A stretch of DNA of 64,000 nt from the human T2T-CHM13v2.0 reference genome, Homo sapiens: NCBI GenBank assembly GCA_009914755.4, contig CP086569.2, positions 14,016,001 to 14,080,000 of the forward strand. Reading direction: 5' to 3'. Position 1 is the first letter of the stretch. Every line of letters begins with the position of its first letter. The notes below the pieces were generated by a model. It was not told where the DNA came from. It made no database searches and saw nothing but the letters and a program-made list of their open reading frames with translations. Positions 32,295-47,469 of this stretch are shown in pieces. A program made the position numbers and the translations under genes.

Positions 32295-32570
32295 TATATT
32301 CTGAGTACTTTTGGAGGCCAAGGTGGGCAAATCACATGAGCCCAGAAGTTTGAGACCAGCCTGGATAATGTGACTTTTTTAAATTTACAAACTAAAAAGA
32401 AAAACAGAAAATAGTAATTAGCTGTGTGTGGTAGCACACACCTGTAGTCCCAGCTATTCCAGAGGTTGAGATGGGAGTATCACCTGAGCCAGGGAGGTTG
32501 ATGCTGCAGTAAGCTGTGATCACACCACGGCGCTCCAGCCTGGGTATTAGAGTGAGACCCTATCTCAAAA
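32295..32570 (+). mobile_element. Alu, older subfamily (AluJ-like), sense
   Basis: Divergent Alu: ttttggaggccaaggtgggcaaatcacatgagcccagaagtttgagaccagcctgg...gtgagaccctatctcaaaaag. Confidence 0.8.
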
Positions 32571-34228
32571 AGAAAAGTAAATGAAATATACTTTTCAATC
32601 AAGAGATGTAGATTGCCTAAATGCATTAAAAAGTCCAAATAAATCCTGTCTACAATAAATTCACTTTAGATCTAAGGACATAGACTGAAAGTGACAGGAC
32701 AGAAAAATGTATTCCATAATATGGAAAAATATATTCCAGTATAATAAAAACAGCACAGACATGGCTGTCATAATGAAAAAAAAATTGAGTTAAAAGCTGT
32801 TAGACAATGTTATTATATAAGAATAAAAAGGTTATTTTAGTAAAAATATAAAAAGAATATAATTATTTGCACTAACACCAACCTGTTCCTAAATATGTTC
32901 CTAACTGTTCCAGACAGTTCCTAAATATGTAAATCAAATATTGACAGGACTGAAGTGAAAAATAGACAGCAACACAATAATAGACGTGTTTGACATCTCA
33001 GTTTAAATAATAGAATGACATAGATGATCAACAGAAATATAGAGGAGTTGAACAACATTATAGACAAATTGGAACAAATAGACATAAATAGAATACTTTA
33101 TCCAGAATACACATTCTTCTCAAGCTCCACAAAAACGATCTCGAGAATGGACCACATGTTAGGCCACAAAACCAGTCTTAACAAATATAAGATGAATGAA
33201 ATCATACAAAGTGTCTTCTTCAATAACAATCAAATGAAAGAAAATCAACAGAAGGAAAAAAATCCATAAATATGTGAAAACCATACTGCATACTTTTAGA
33301 CAATGAGTCAAGTAAGTCACAAGGGGTATTAAAAAACACTTGGAGATAAATTCAAGGAAAATATAACATACCAAAACTTATGGGATACAGCTAAAGCCAT
33401 GCAGTGACAGAAATTTATGGATGTAAATACGCACATTCAAAAAGAAAAAAAAAGACTTAAATCAACAACCTAATTTCACACTGAAGGGAACTAGGAAAAA
33501 AACAGATGAAAGTGAAAGTTAGCAAAAGGAAGGGAAAAAGAAACAGATTAAAGCAGAGATAAATTAAATAGATAATTTTAAAAAACAATAGAAATGTCAG
33601 TGATACTACGAAATGGTTTTCTTAAAAAAAACCCAACAAAATTAACATACCTTTTGGTACATTTGCTATGAAAAGAGAAATGAATCAAATAATTAAAATC
33701 AGGAATGAAAGAGAAAATATCACAGAAATAAAATTGTAAAAATACTATAAATAACTGTATAAAAACAAACTGGGTAATAGATAAAAATGAAGGACTGGTT
33801 AAAAATTCCTAGAAACACACCACCTACCAAGACTCATTCACTAATAGAAAATCTTGACAGACCAGTAACTTATTAATAAGATGAAATTAATAATGAAAAA
33901 CCTTCCAACAATGAAAAGCCCAGGACCAGTGGCTTCACACCAAAGCCAAAAATACCAGAAGCAAAGAAAATCACAGATTAATATTCTTGATGAATACTGG
34001 TGTGAAAATGATTAATAAAATACTAGAAAACTGACACACTGAAATAATTATACACCATGAACAAGTGGGATTTATTTCTGGGATACAAGAATAGTTCGAC
34101 ACATGAAAATTATTAGTGTAATATATCACTTTAGTACAATAAAAGTTAAAAATGCAATCATCTCAATCAATGCAGAACAGCATTTGACAAAATTTAACAC
34201 TCTGTCATGATGAAAAACACTCAAAACT

Positions 34229-34357
34229 AGGAAACACAGGAAAACAACCTCAACATAATAAAAGCCATATATGAAAAGCAGACTAGGAAAACAGGAAACT
34301 ATGAAACATAGGGAAACAACCTCAACATAATAAAAGCCATATATGAAAAGCAGACAG
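34229..34357. repeat. tandem duplication, ~71-bp period, 2 copies
   Basis: aacaacctcaacataataaaagccatatatgaaaagcagac occurs at 34243-34283 and again at 34314-34354. Confidence 0.8.
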
Positions 34358-34553
34358 CTAGTGACATCTGCAAGTTGGTAGAATAATGAGTACCAGCCCT
34401 TGACTCCCACAGACACACCAGTTGGACAATATATGAATCAAAATACCTTTATAAGCAGTCCCTAATCAAGTGAACAATGTGCAGTACCCCAGAAAGACTC
34501 CTCTCCTAGTTCTGCACTGCCAAAAGAGATTCCACTGGCCCATGACTTCTCCT

Positions 34554-34561
34554 GTGTGGGT

Positions 34562-34610
<49 letters not shown>
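34554..34610. repeat. (TG)n microsatellite, ~25 units
   Basis: gtgtgggtgggtgtgtgtg...tgtgtgtgacggg. Confidence 0.95.
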
Positions 34611-34611
<1 letters not shown>

Positions 34612-37195
34612 CGGGAGAGGGGTTGAAGGGGAGTGCAGTATGTATCCTAAACCCTGACTTTTTAGTGCACTGCCCAAGGGATTTGTTTCTGCATCACCTC
34701 ACCTGGAACACTGAGGAAAATGGCATAGTTCAGATGCCTAGGGGCAGATAAGAAAAAAGAAAATGGGTGGGCAGCTTTCAATAGTTGCACAGCTTGTTGA
34801 GATTGGGAAAAGGTGGCACACTATGTGAGACATTCCTCATCCCCCAGTAGGAAAAGAAGAGTGGAGTGTTCATTCAACATCTTGGTCTTTCGGTGCACCC
34901 AAAGGATTGGGTGGCTTTCTCTACCCAACATGGTTCTGCAAGATTGGGAGATGGTACATAATTCTGAGACTTCTTCAAGAACAAGGGACAAGTGTGGAAT
35001 GTGAATCTAACATCCTGATCTTTTGTGCACTGTCCTAGGGATAAGTGGGGAAAGGTATTTCTCGCTTTTCACTGCAGACTATAGAGCACTGCATATTCAC
35101 TGCAGACTATTGAGCAGTGTAAGTTTAAGAGAAGGCATAGAATTCTGATATCGCTCCCCAGGAATGAGGGAGAAAAACCAGCTGTGTACATACATAGAAA
35201 CAATTTGAGAGGGTCCTAGAATCTTTAGCCAGTCTGATTGGTAAAGATGTTTCTCTGCCAAATTCATCTGTAAATACCGGGAAAGATAGTTTATTTTCTT
35301 CAAATGCACAAACACCAGTGCAAAACTACAAGAAATACAATGAATGAGGGATATATGGCACAAGCAAAGAAATAAAGTGATCTCCATTAACTGAAAGATC
35401 TATGAATGGCCTAACAAAAATTCAAAATAATCATCAATTATTGTAAATTCAAAAGTCAGTAAGCTTCAAGTGAATATGGCTGGGCAACTAAATGAAATAA
35501 GAAAAATGATGCATTAACAAAATCACAATGTCAACAAACAAATAGAAACCATAAAAAGAACAAGATATTTTTCAGCTGAAAAATACAATAACTCAACTAT
35601 AAAACTGAACATAGAGATTCAACAGCAGAGGAGACCAAACAAAAAAATCAGCATACTTGAAGACAGATGTTTATAAATTATCCAGCCAGAGGAATAAAAA
35701 ACAAAGAGTGAGGAAAGACTAAGGGACTGCAGGGACAACATCAAATGAATCAATATAGAAGTTCTAAGAGTTTTAGAAGAGAAAGAGAAGGGGACAGAAA
35801 GCTTAAAGAAATAATGGCAAAACTTTCCAGGAACTGGAGAGGTAAATAGAGATCCTGATTCATGAAGTGCAAGGGATCCCAAGGATGAGGAATCCAGAGA
35901 AGTCTATGCTGAGACACAGTACAATCAAACTGTCAAAGGACCAATAGAGAATGTTAAAAGTAGCAAGGAAAAGGGACATATTCTTTTTGTAAAGTCATGA
36001 ACAGATTTCTTCAAACAAGTTTTGCAAGCCAGAAAGAAGCAGGATAATAAATGCAAAAAAAAAAAAAAGGATATAAATTGCCAACAAAACCCTATTCTGA
36101 GGAAAATTGTCCTTCAAAAATAAAAGAGAAAGATTTTCCAAAATAAACAAACACAGAAACAAAGACAAAAATAAAGGGAATTCATTACCACTAGATGTGC
36201 TTTACAAGAAATCCTACTACTAGTTTTTTTAAATTAAAATGAAAGGATGATCTAAACGGTAAAACAAACAAATAAAAAACCCCACAAAGACATGAATGTA
36301 TAAAAGTAACTGCTAAGGTTGAAACATAAACAAATACAGAATAAATAATACTATAATGGTAGTATGTAAATCACTTTTAATTTTAAAGTTAAAGATGACA
36401 TTTTTTAATTGTTAATTTTAATTTTTGTAGATACATGGTAGATGTATATATTATGGAGTACATGAAATATTTTGATACGGGCATGCAATGCATAATTATA
36501 TCATGGAAAATGGGGTATGCGTTCCCTCAAACATTTATCCTTGGTGTTACAAACAATCCAGTTATATTCATTTAGTTATTCTTAAAGGCATAATTAGATT
36601 ATTATTGACTATAATCACTCTGTTGTGTTATCAAATAATAGGTCTTGTTCATTCTTTCTATTTTTGTTTTCTTTTGTTTTGTTTGGGTACTCATTAACTA
36701 TCCCCAGCTCTCTTCCACACCACTCCAAATTACCCTTTCCAGCCTCTGATAACCATTCTTTTACTCTCTAGCTCCATAAGCTGAGATAACAGTACCTTAA
36801 AATATAACTACAAAAATTTAATGGATATAATTGTGACAAAAATATTACCATGGAAGGAGAAATGTGTAGAATTTGGATGTGATTGATTGAAGTCAGCTTA
36901 AAATAGAATGTTATAAGATGCTACATGTCAACCCCATTTTTACTGCAAGAAAAAACCCTCTTTAAACATGAATGGACTAAACTTCCCAATCAAATGAGGT
37001 ACAGTGGCTAAAACAAACAAAAAACTCAATTATTAGGTGTCTACAAGACACGCACTTTAGAGTAATAGACACACATAAAGTAATGGGATAAAGAAATAAA
37101 TATATTTCATTCAAATGGTAAGAAAAAGAGAGTAGTACTTTCAAGCACTACTTGAAAGTTTATAGCAACAAAATATACTGTAAAAAGAAAAAAAT

Positions 37196-37488
37196 GGCCA
37201 GGCACAGTGGCTCACACTTGTAATCCCATCATTTTGGGAGGCTAAGGTGGGTGGGTTACTTGAGGTCAGGAATTTGAGACCAGCCTGGCCGACATGGGAA
37301 ACCCTGTCTTTACTAAAAATGCAAAAATTAGCAGGGCATGGTAACATAGTCCTGTAATCCCAGCCACTCAGGAAGCTGAGCCAGGAGAATTGCTTGACCC
37401 TGGGAGGCCAAGGTTGTAGACAGCAGAGACTGTATCACTGCACTCAAGTCTGGGTAACAGAGTGAGACTCTGTCTTAAAAAAATGGAA
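37196..37488 (+). mobile_element. Alu (sense)
   Basis: ggccaggcacagtggctcacacttgtaatcccatcattttgggagg, running through to gagtgagactctgtcttaaaaaaa. Confidence 0.9.
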
Positions 37489-37943
37489 AGAAAAACTCTC
37501 CCTAACTTTATACTTGGACTATTAAGGGAGGCAAGGGGAGAGAAAACCATGTCCAAAGTTAGCAGAAGATGGAAATAATAAAAATTAGAGGAAATATAAA
37601 TAGAAGTTAGAAAATAAAATAATACAGAAAGTACATGAAACTATGCTTTTTTAAAACAATATTGATAAATCTTAGCTAGACTAAGAAAAAAGAGAGAAGA
37701 CTCAAATACAATTAGAGATAAAGGCAGATATTATAACTTCTCATGTCACTGATGCCACAAACATAAAATCGTAATAGATTACCTATGAAAAATAACTATT
37801 GGGTACCAGGCTTAATACCTGGATGACAAAATAATCTTTATAACAAACCCCCATGATACAAGTTTACCTCTGTAACAAACCTGCACATGTTCCCTTGAAC
37901 TAAAAAGTTAAAAAAAAATTAACATTTTTAAAAACAGAAATAA

Positions 37944-38252
37944 GACAAGTGTGGTGGCTCACACCTGTAATCCCAACAATTTGGGAGGCTAAGGCGGGTA
38001 GATTGCTTGAGCCCAGAAGTTTAAGACCAGGCTGGGCAATATGGTGAATCCCTATCTCTTTAAAAAATCCAAAAAAAAAAAAAAATTACCTGGCATGGTA
38101 ATACTGTAGTCTCAGCTACTCAGAAGGTTGAGACATGAGGATCTCTCAAACCTGGGGAGCAGATGTGGCAGTGAGCCAAGATTGTACCACTGCACTCCAG
38201 CCTGGGTGACAGAGAGAAACTCTGTCTCAAAAAACAAACAAACAAACAAAAA
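37944..38252 (+). mobile_element. Alu (sense)
   Basis: aagtgtggtggctcacacctgtaatcccaacaatttgggagg, running through to gagagaaactctgtctcaaaaaacaaacaaac. Confidence 0.9.
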
Positions 38253-38708
38253 ACAGAAAGAAAACAAAATCCTAAAATTCATATGGAACCATGAGAGACC
38301 ACAGATGGCCAAAATGATGTTGAGTATAAAGAAAAAAACACTTGAAGAAGCACACTTGTATTTTCAAAATATATTACAAAACTACAGTAATTAAAATGGT
38401 ATAATACTGGCACAAAGACAGATATATACCAATGGAATAAACTATAGGCCAGAAATAAATACACATATATACAGTCAACTAACATTTGAATATTGCTGCC
38501 CAAAATACTCAGTGGGGGAAAAATGACCTCCTCAAATAATGTTGGGAAACTGTATATCCATAGGGAAAATAATAAAACTGAACTCACACCACACACACAC
38601 CATCAAACTCAAATGAGTTAAAGACTGCTTAAATGTAAGACCTAAAACTATAAAACTAGTAGAGAAAGCATAGGAGAAAAGCTTGATGGGCTTAGGCTTC
38701 GTAATTAG

Positions 38709-39036
<328 letters not shown>

Positions 39037-39475
39037 AATAAATTCTTTTTAGACAGCTAGAAAGGATAAAAGAGTTATTGGTGAAATTTTCCTTTAATAA
39101 AAAGCAGCTTGATAGATATACAAACTAGAAAATTACATATTTAAATGCCAGGAGTTGTACCTGGAAGCCAGGTACATTCAATATGGCATTTTTCACTCTC
39201 TTTTCCTTGTCACCATGTGTACAAGTGTCATGACAGTCACCAGGTGGAAGATGCATTTACATAATAAAAGATTAGGGTGAGAGGCCAGTCTTTTCTCAGG
39301 CTGTGTAAATGGCACACCTGGTCAAACCAACCCCCTGGGTCCTATGTAAATCAATCACCACCTCCTCAAGTCTCTGTACAAAATTGATTGTGTTCTACCC
39401 CAAACTGGAGACCTTCTCTTGGGCCACCCGTTCTCTCAGCGTAAAGAAGCTTTTGCTCTGTTTCCTCTTTCTTGT

Positions 39476-39782
39476 CTTTTTTTTTTTTTTTTTTTTTTTT
39501 TGAGATGGAGTCTTGGTCTGTTGCCTAGGCTGGAGTGCAATGGCACAATCTCAGCTCACTGCAACCTCCATCTCCTGATTCAAGTGATTCTCCTGCCTCA
39601 GCCCCCCAAGTAGCCAGGACTATAAGCATGTGACACCACCCTGTCTAATTTTTTAATTTTTGGTAGAGACAAAGTTTTGCTTTGTTGGCAAGGATGGTCT
39701 CGAACTCCTGATCTCAAGTGATCCACCCACTTCAGCCTTCCAAATTTCTTGTATTACGGGCATGAGCCACCATGCCCAGCTC
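39476..39782 (-). mobile_element. Alu (antisense)
   Basis: A 23-nt poly-T then gagatggagtcttggtctgttgcctaggctggagtgcaatgg, running through to gtattacgggcatgagccaccatgcccagctc. Confidence 0.9.
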
Positions 39783-40199
39783 TTTTTTGTCTATTAAGTT
39801 ATCCATTCCTAAACCACTCCTCTTGTGTGTCTGTCTCCTGAATTATTTCTCTGCATGAGACAAAGAAGCAGGGCACATACCCCAGAAAACAAAGCCATTT
39901 CATTTGGGGGCTTGATCCCAATCCAGGATTGGGATCAGAACAGAAAATAGAAACATTGGAGTGGTCAGTATAGAGTGAACTTTAAACTGTCCTTTAATCT
40001 CAAGGCTCTCTTCAAACTGGTTTCCTTTCACAGAGGTACTAATCATTGTGCAAGGCTGGGAGAAGTCTGGAGCCACTGATGATTTCTGAACAGGGCACAC
40101 CCTGGCATTATTCAAAGGCTTCTGGACAAGCCAGCCTCTGACAGCCCATCCAGGTGTTGGTAATGGATCTCCAGCTATCCTGTCAAAAAATGTTCCTAA

Positions 40200-40910
40200 A
40201 TTTTACTTCCTTTCTACCAGTGTTCACAATTTCTCCTATTCTGTCTGTGTGTGCAATGTGCGGGAAGTTTTACTTTCACTTTTCTTTGCATTTTAAAGTT
40301 CTCACTGAGAGTTTATAAAGATTTTTATTAAACTTGTTTCCAAGTGTTTATGTTTTTGTTGCTATTGTAATTTAAATTATCTTTTTCATTTGATTTTCTA
40401 ATTGTTTGCTGTTATAATGGTAAATAAAAATGTAACTTTTCTAGAGTCAGTTTGCATCAGTTAAGTCTACTTATTACTTCCATTAGTTATCTTAAAGTTT
40501 CCTTAAGATTTTCTTTGCAAATAGTCACGTTATTTATGAATATATATGGCGTTATTTCTTCCTTTATTTTATGCATATTACTTCTTTCTTGTGAAGACTA
40601 GAATTTCCAGTACAATGTCAAATATATGTGGTTAGAGTTTCCTATTTGAAAGAGAAAGCATTCAATATTTCACCAATTAAGAATGATAGATTTCTGTAAG
40701 TTTCCCAAAGATGCCTTTCATGAGCTTGCAGAAATAACCCTAAAGAGCTTTTGTAATAAATAACTATTGAATTTTTTCAAGTGCTTTTTCTGTATCTACT
40801 TAAATTATCTTTTTTTTCTTATTTTGTTAGTATGGTAAATTACATTAATTGATGCCAAATGTTAAATCAACCTTGCATTCTTAAGATAAATCCCACTTTG
40901 TCCAAACCCA
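40200..40910 (-). mobile_element. Old L1 (L1M-like) ORF2 fragment, antisense
   Basis: gttaaatcaaccttgcattcttaagataaatcccactttgtcc is antisense to the conserved L1 ORF2 segment. The adjoining sequence is collinear. Confidence 0.55.
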
Positions 40911-41139
40911 TAGAGCATGCACAGCCAAGAGTGAACACTGATATAAACTATGGGCTTGAGTGATAATATTATATCAATATTGGCTCATCAACTGTATCAA
41001 GTTTACAACAAAAATGCAAGATGTTAATAATAGAAAAAAAACTGTGAGGGAAGGAGGTGGAGGTATGTGAGAACCCTCTGCATTCCACTCCCTTTTTTCT
41101 GTAAACCTAAAATTGCTCTTAATAAAAAAAAAATTAAAA

Positions 41140-41249
41140 AGCGAGGCTGGGTGAGGTGTCTCACACCTGTAATTACACTTTGCAAGGAGGATATCTTGAG
41201 CCTAGGAGGTGAAGACCGGCTTGGGCAATGTGGCAAGACCACATCTCCA

Positions 41250-41284
<35 letters not shown>

Positions 41285-41335
41285 CCATTTCACTCTAGTC
41301 TGGGCAACAGAGTCAGAACTTTGTCTCTAAAAAAT
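41140..41335 (+). mobile_element. Alu/FLAM-like fragment (sense) with a long internal A30 tract
   Basis: gaggctgggtgaggtgtctcacacctgtaattacactttgcaaggaggatatcttgagcctaggaggtgaag...(a)30...cactctagtctgggcaacagagtcag. Confidence 0.7.
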
Positions 41336-42845
41336 GAATAAGTAAGAAAAAAATAAAAAACAGTATGTCTTGAGCTTGAAATACATGAAAAACAGTTTAA
41401 CCAATATTCAAATAATTTAGGTCAGAGAAGCTACCTAAAATATGTACCCCAAATGGCAAAATAAGGAAGTCAGATGAGATATTAGAAACTTAAAATTATA
41501 TAAGATTTCTCATAAATAAGCATTGTCTTCTATTCTTACATAATTACACAATAAATCTTGAACTGGTTAAAACAAAAGAGATAAAAATATAAAATATATA
41601 TTTCAGATGAGGTCTGATGTATTTATTAATAAAAATTAATGGTCATTAACAAAATGGGATAGAAAAACTAAATCTAAATCAGTTATTCAATATAAAAATT
41701 AATTGAAATTAACTTAATATACTGAAATGCCTATTTAAACACTGGCAGATATAGAGCAGAAATATAGAGCAGATCTGATAGCTTTTACTATTGAATAACT
41801 CCTAGGTAACAACTGCCAAAAAATAATCCTCGTACCTTGGTTCAGTGACATTTACTCCGTTATGCTCACCTTTTTAAGTACATAGGGATTGTTTCAATGC
41901 TGACAATCTTGGTTCTTTTGTAGATTCAACTTCCCATTTATGTACATTCTTGAACATTCTATGTTTATAAATTCTAAATATTTTCATAAGCATTATCTTT
42001 TAGGATTATATAAATGTAGTCTATATAATACAGTTTTTCACATCTCATTAAAAACCCTCTGCAAATAATTTTAAGTGCTAACAATGTGGGTGCTCTTAAC
42101 ATTTAAAATTTGGGGAAATTTCATTATTGCCACATTAAAATCAATATGGTAAATTTTTTTCTTAACAAGCTAATGAATATCTATCTCTACTAGAAATTTT
42201 CAAAGAATTCATAGTTATGATATTTCTGACATTTCACTACTCACCTTTTTTAGATGGGTTGGGTGGTACAACTGGGCCATGTTTTATGTTGTCATAAAAA
42301 TTATTCATGGCTTTTGGATCAAAGTTGCCTATAAAAAAAGGAACTAGGAATTTATGATTCTTTCTCTCAAATTTCATTCTTTCACTATTATTTGATTTTT
42401 CAAGGAGTAACTATGAAAATTAAAATTGGAAGAAAGATAATCATTTTCTAGAATTTAAAATCTCATTATCATCTCTACATCACAAAACTGTCACATCAGT
42501 GTTTGTCTATAATTTATCATGTAATGGACTATTTCTCCAATTGCAAAGCTAGTCTCCCTCGGCAGGATTAAGCATGAGGGACATTTTAGAAAGCAAACGA
42601 AGAGGAGAAATGGAAGGATGACTGAACAATTTTCCTCTGTACTTGCCCATAAGAGCTATGACAAAAAAAGATATAAGTATAAAATAACTGCTTATGGATT
42701 CTTATGTTCAAGGAAAGAGAAGCTTAAATATTATATACAGATTTATCAATGACCAAAGAGAATATTGTGCTTATTTCACAACAATAAAACAATCCTAAGA
42801 ACTTAATGTTGCCTCAAATATTTCACTTTTAAAAAAGTTCACTCC

Positions 42846-43136
42846 GGCCGGGTGTGGTGGCTCACACCCGTAATTCCAGCACTTTGGGAGGCTGGAGCAG
42901 GTGGATCATGAGGTCATATTGAGACCATCCTGAGCAACATGGAGAAAGCCATCTCTACTAAATGCAAAAATTAGCGGGATTTGGTGGTGCACGACTGTAA
43001 TCCCAGCTACTCAGGAGGCTAAGGCGGGAGAATCTCTTGAACCTGGAAGGCGGAGGTTGCAGTGAGCCGAGATTGTGCTACTGCACTCTGTCAACAGAGC
43101 CAGACTCCTCAAACAAACAAACAAACGAACAAACAA
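42846..43136 (+). mobile_element. Alu (sense) with 12-bp TSD AAAGTTCACTCC
   Basis: ggccgggtgtggtggctcacacccgtaattccagcactttgggagg, running through to an (aaac)n tail. The TSD lies at ~42834-42845 and 43137-43148. Confidence 0.9.
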
Positions 43137-43522
43137 AGTTCACTCCCAGAACAAGTGTCTATACTTCAGCTATATCTCTTGCCTTGGCTTCTCCAACATT
43201 AGTTTTGATTCAAGCAATGGTTTGGAGCCCATCTTCACTTCCGCAAACCAGCAGACTGTCCTGCACAATTCCAATTAAGATTTATAACTATGCCATAGTT
43301 ATTTACAGATAATGATGTATGGTAGAGATAATTCAAGTATAGTAAATCTCTTAATTTGTAAATTTTTTTCCCAGAAAAAGTTTTCCTCCCTAAAATCAAC
43401 AAAAAAATCTACTTTTTATCAAATCAAGCATTAATCTAATCTAAATGTCAAAGAAAAAGAGTATTCTTTTTCTAAATTAAATTATAGATTGGAAACTCAT
43501 TATTAAAAGTTTTCCAGAGATT

Positions 43523-43536
43523 GGGGGGGGGGGGGG
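43523..43536. repeat. G14 homopolymer
   Basis: ttgggggggggggggggaag. Confidence 0.95.
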
Positions 43537-44045
43537 AAGAAATTAGTTAATTCTGCTGTATTTAGATCTGTTATCAAGGGAATTAGAAATACTAAAATAT
43601 AAAAAAAGGGCTTATTATAAGGATATTACTCAATGTAGACCAAAAACATCTCTTATTAAAATTAAATAGTGGTTTCTTTTGTGGGGACATTTGAACGTTT
43701 ATTTTATTTTAAGATAGCTTTCTGAAAATAATTTATACATAGCTTTCCAAGTCTCTACTCGATCCAGGAAGTCCAGCTACCTTCACCTCTCACTGGGATT
43801 ACAGGGATGAGCCACTGCACCTGGCCTGAACATCAGCTAAGTATATTTTCCAAATAAGTTGAACATTACTTAAACTGGTGATCAGTTAAGATCATCTGTA
43901 CTATAGTGTACCTCCATAAAAAATTAAAAATACTTTACACAGGATGTAGTTAAATATTTTCACATCACATATTTGCCCATATTAAAAAATGACATAAGAA
44001 TGATTTTAAAACTGAGACATCATAATTTTGGATCTCTACTCATAG

Positions 44046-44316
<271 letters not shown>

Positions 44317-47300
44317 AGAGTATTCATAGATATTTTTAAGAAGCACATAAACATGGTTTGGAATTAAAAGTCATCAACTTGTAAAATATTCACAACTGAC
44401 CAAAAAAGGAAAAATGCAGAATAACAGTATAGAATAGCCTAAAAGAGCTTAACAGTGAAATTGTCAAACTAAAACTATTACTGATGCCTCAAATATGACC
44501 TATAACTATGGAGTAGAAATTTCTTTACTAGGACCATAACCTTTCTTATATAACATTTTTCTTAATCTCTGAAACCAAAGTAACAATTTAAATACCGAAT
44601 TATTTCTTATGTTACCAAATAGTGAAGTCTATACTTCTAGACTGAAGGAGGTTAACTTCTTTCAGTGTGCAGTCAACATTTATCTAGAGCTGTCTGTTCA
44701 TGCGTCTCAATCTTGTTATTTTCTCAGGCTAGTATTTGTGGGAAAGTCAGTATCAAGCCCAACATTTAAGAACTCCATTTTATGTTAATATTTATGACAG
44801 TTCATTATGAAATATATGGCCACAGTTGCTAAGAAACAACATGTATAATTCTACATGTGATTTATAAGGGGCAGTCAGGTAAAGTGGTGACACATATTTG
44901 CAGTAAACAATACTTAGAAAAAAAGAAGGAAAAAGGATGGCCACATATAAATATGCAACATATTCCTCGTGTAAAGCAGACACTGTTTTAACATTAAAAA
45001 ATATTACTTCTTTAATCACACAGCACTGAGACTATTTCACTTAAATACTTATATGTCAAGGGAAATTATAGAAACCAACATTTTAAAGAGTCAAAGCCAA
45101 TAATTTTAGGTTTGCCAATACTGGTGGAAATAATACAGCAGCTGTGGCAGGCAGTGGGTTTACCAGAATTCCTTTGTTTTCTCACAACACTCTTTCAAGG
45201 TAGGTACTGGTATCTCCTTCAACTTGAAGATGAGGAAACTGAGACACACAGTGATGAAATAATATTCCCAAAGTCATAAATCCAGTAATTGGTAGGGCCA
45301 GGATTTATATTGAAAACTACATATATTCTTTTTTGTCTTTATTTTCTAGATTTTTAAAAATAAGCTATTAATGTAGAACATATACTCCACTTTATTTTCT
45401 TCAGCCTTATCTTTCCACCCACTCTACTACTCATTAGGACTTTCAAGTATAAACATAGGGTAGTAAAATGTGAAGTAACTTTTTAGTTCACTTAAATGAA
45501 GTGAATGTGGTTTTTTTTCACATTCGTAATTTCTTTATGCATACAATTAAAAACTCAGAGATCTGAACCCAAAGGTATGGCTATTAAAGCTTTTAACAGA
45601 GCCCACTTTCATTAGACTGTCTGGAGTTACCTCAATTGTAAAGGAGATCTCAACTATATATACATTAAGTAACAATAATGCAGTAACTCAGGCTGTTGGG
45701 AAGTATTAGCAAATTTAGGGACTGCCCAATAAATCAGCAGATATCAAAACAACATAAGTGATATAAGAGACCAAATATAATAGCAAGGTAATACCCTAAA
45801 ATTCTAAAGATAAATATCATTTAGAAATGTTTTCTTCTTTATTTATTACTCAAGGAAAACCCTAAGTAATTAACATATAAACATATATAGCCATTAACAT
45901 ATAAAATGTTTGAGTCTGGCTACCAGGTAATACAGAAAAAATTTGAAGCGTATACCTGCGCTTTAACAAAAGATATAAAGCACTTATATAGCTAATGTTC
46001 TCTTCCATGCAATATGCAAGAAAAAGTGTTCTTTTCTTTTTAGGATTATATCAGTAAAGTCGAGTAGCTGAAGAACCTGTTTCCTTAGAACTCATTAAAT
46101 TAACTGTTTATAATATTATATATGTTTTCATAGCTTCTGGTTAAATAAAACTGCCTCTCAAAATAAACTACCCATTATCAAAAGTATTCATGGAGGAGGG
46201 GTTTCAAGATTTACTGTGTAATTTACGGTTACTTGGATTTCTCTCTTACAGCAGCTAATATAATGCTTGGTTTAGTGGTAGATTGAGACAGATGATGATT
46301 ATTACACATCTTTCATGTAATTTTTAAAAAAGATTATTCACAGCTATGCTGTAAATTTCTGCAACCACATATATAGCTAGACACATACATATATTCCAAA
46401 TAAATTAGGTAAATGTATTTGTAACCAACTTTTAAAATACTGCTTGTTAAGAAAGTAAGGTTTGAAAACTTAATACTCTATGATTAGCACAAAAAAGTCA
46501 GTTCTCTATTCTACAAGAACAAGATAAAGATCAGGCTACCCAGCATTTACTGAGAAATTACTTGATAAAAATATTACTATATGTGAGATATAAATTCTCT
46601 TGAAAAATGGAAAAAATAAACATAGGTAAATTGGACATAGTCAGTGAGTGCCAAAGCAATTTTAACTCCAAAACCTATGTAGGCATTCTTTCCACAGTAT
46701 CATAGCAGCACTGGCAGGCATTGGATTTACCAGAATTATATGAACCAAAAGGGAATTCTGATTAAATGCTTTATTTCCTGATTAATTCCCTCATAATACA
46801 TTCCTGTATTATTCCTGTATGTTCCTAAAGTTAAAAGGAAAACAAATTTAGATTTGCCTCAGATTCACATGGGTAAGATTTTTCCAGTATTTTGTAACCT
46901 GCACTTTTCCTGAATCTTTACAAAGTTAGGCATTGAGCTAAATGTCTTGTATGTTAGGTTACATAATACTAACAAAACTCTCATGAGATTAATACTGTAC
47001 CATGCACATTTCATAGAATAAAACAAGTATAAAATTACCTTATTCAAGGACATGTCAGTGACATGTAAATTGTAGACGTAGGATTAAATTTTTCATCTGA
47101 CTCTAAAACCCAGTATCTAAAACTGCCCCCAAGCTATGCACTCCCTATACCCCTTCACTTTACTTTGGGCCTGGAAGTGGAAAAACCTGGGAATCACATT
47201 CAAATCTCTCATATTCCAAATATTGTTATCCACATAAATTAACAAATTTTGAAGCTGAATGGTATGAGAGTTCATTATATTATCCTAGAAATTTTATGTA

Positions 47301-47469
47301 TCTTTGAAATTCTCTGTAATAAAAAGTTAAAAATCAGTTAGTTGTGACGTGAATTTTAGCTCAATGAAATAAATAAATTATGGCTCAGCATGGTAGTGTC
47401 CTCAAAAAACTCTCATTTTCTTTTCTATTGTCTGAAGAAATCTCATAAGTAAAAGCTCTGATACAAATC

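Noticed and set aside
39912-39935. Perfect palindrome gatcccaatcc-agg-attgggatc
   Set aside because: An isolated 10-bp-arm inverted repeat with no neighbouring structure. It is likely a chance occurrence or a minor hairpin and not evidence of a transposon terminus.
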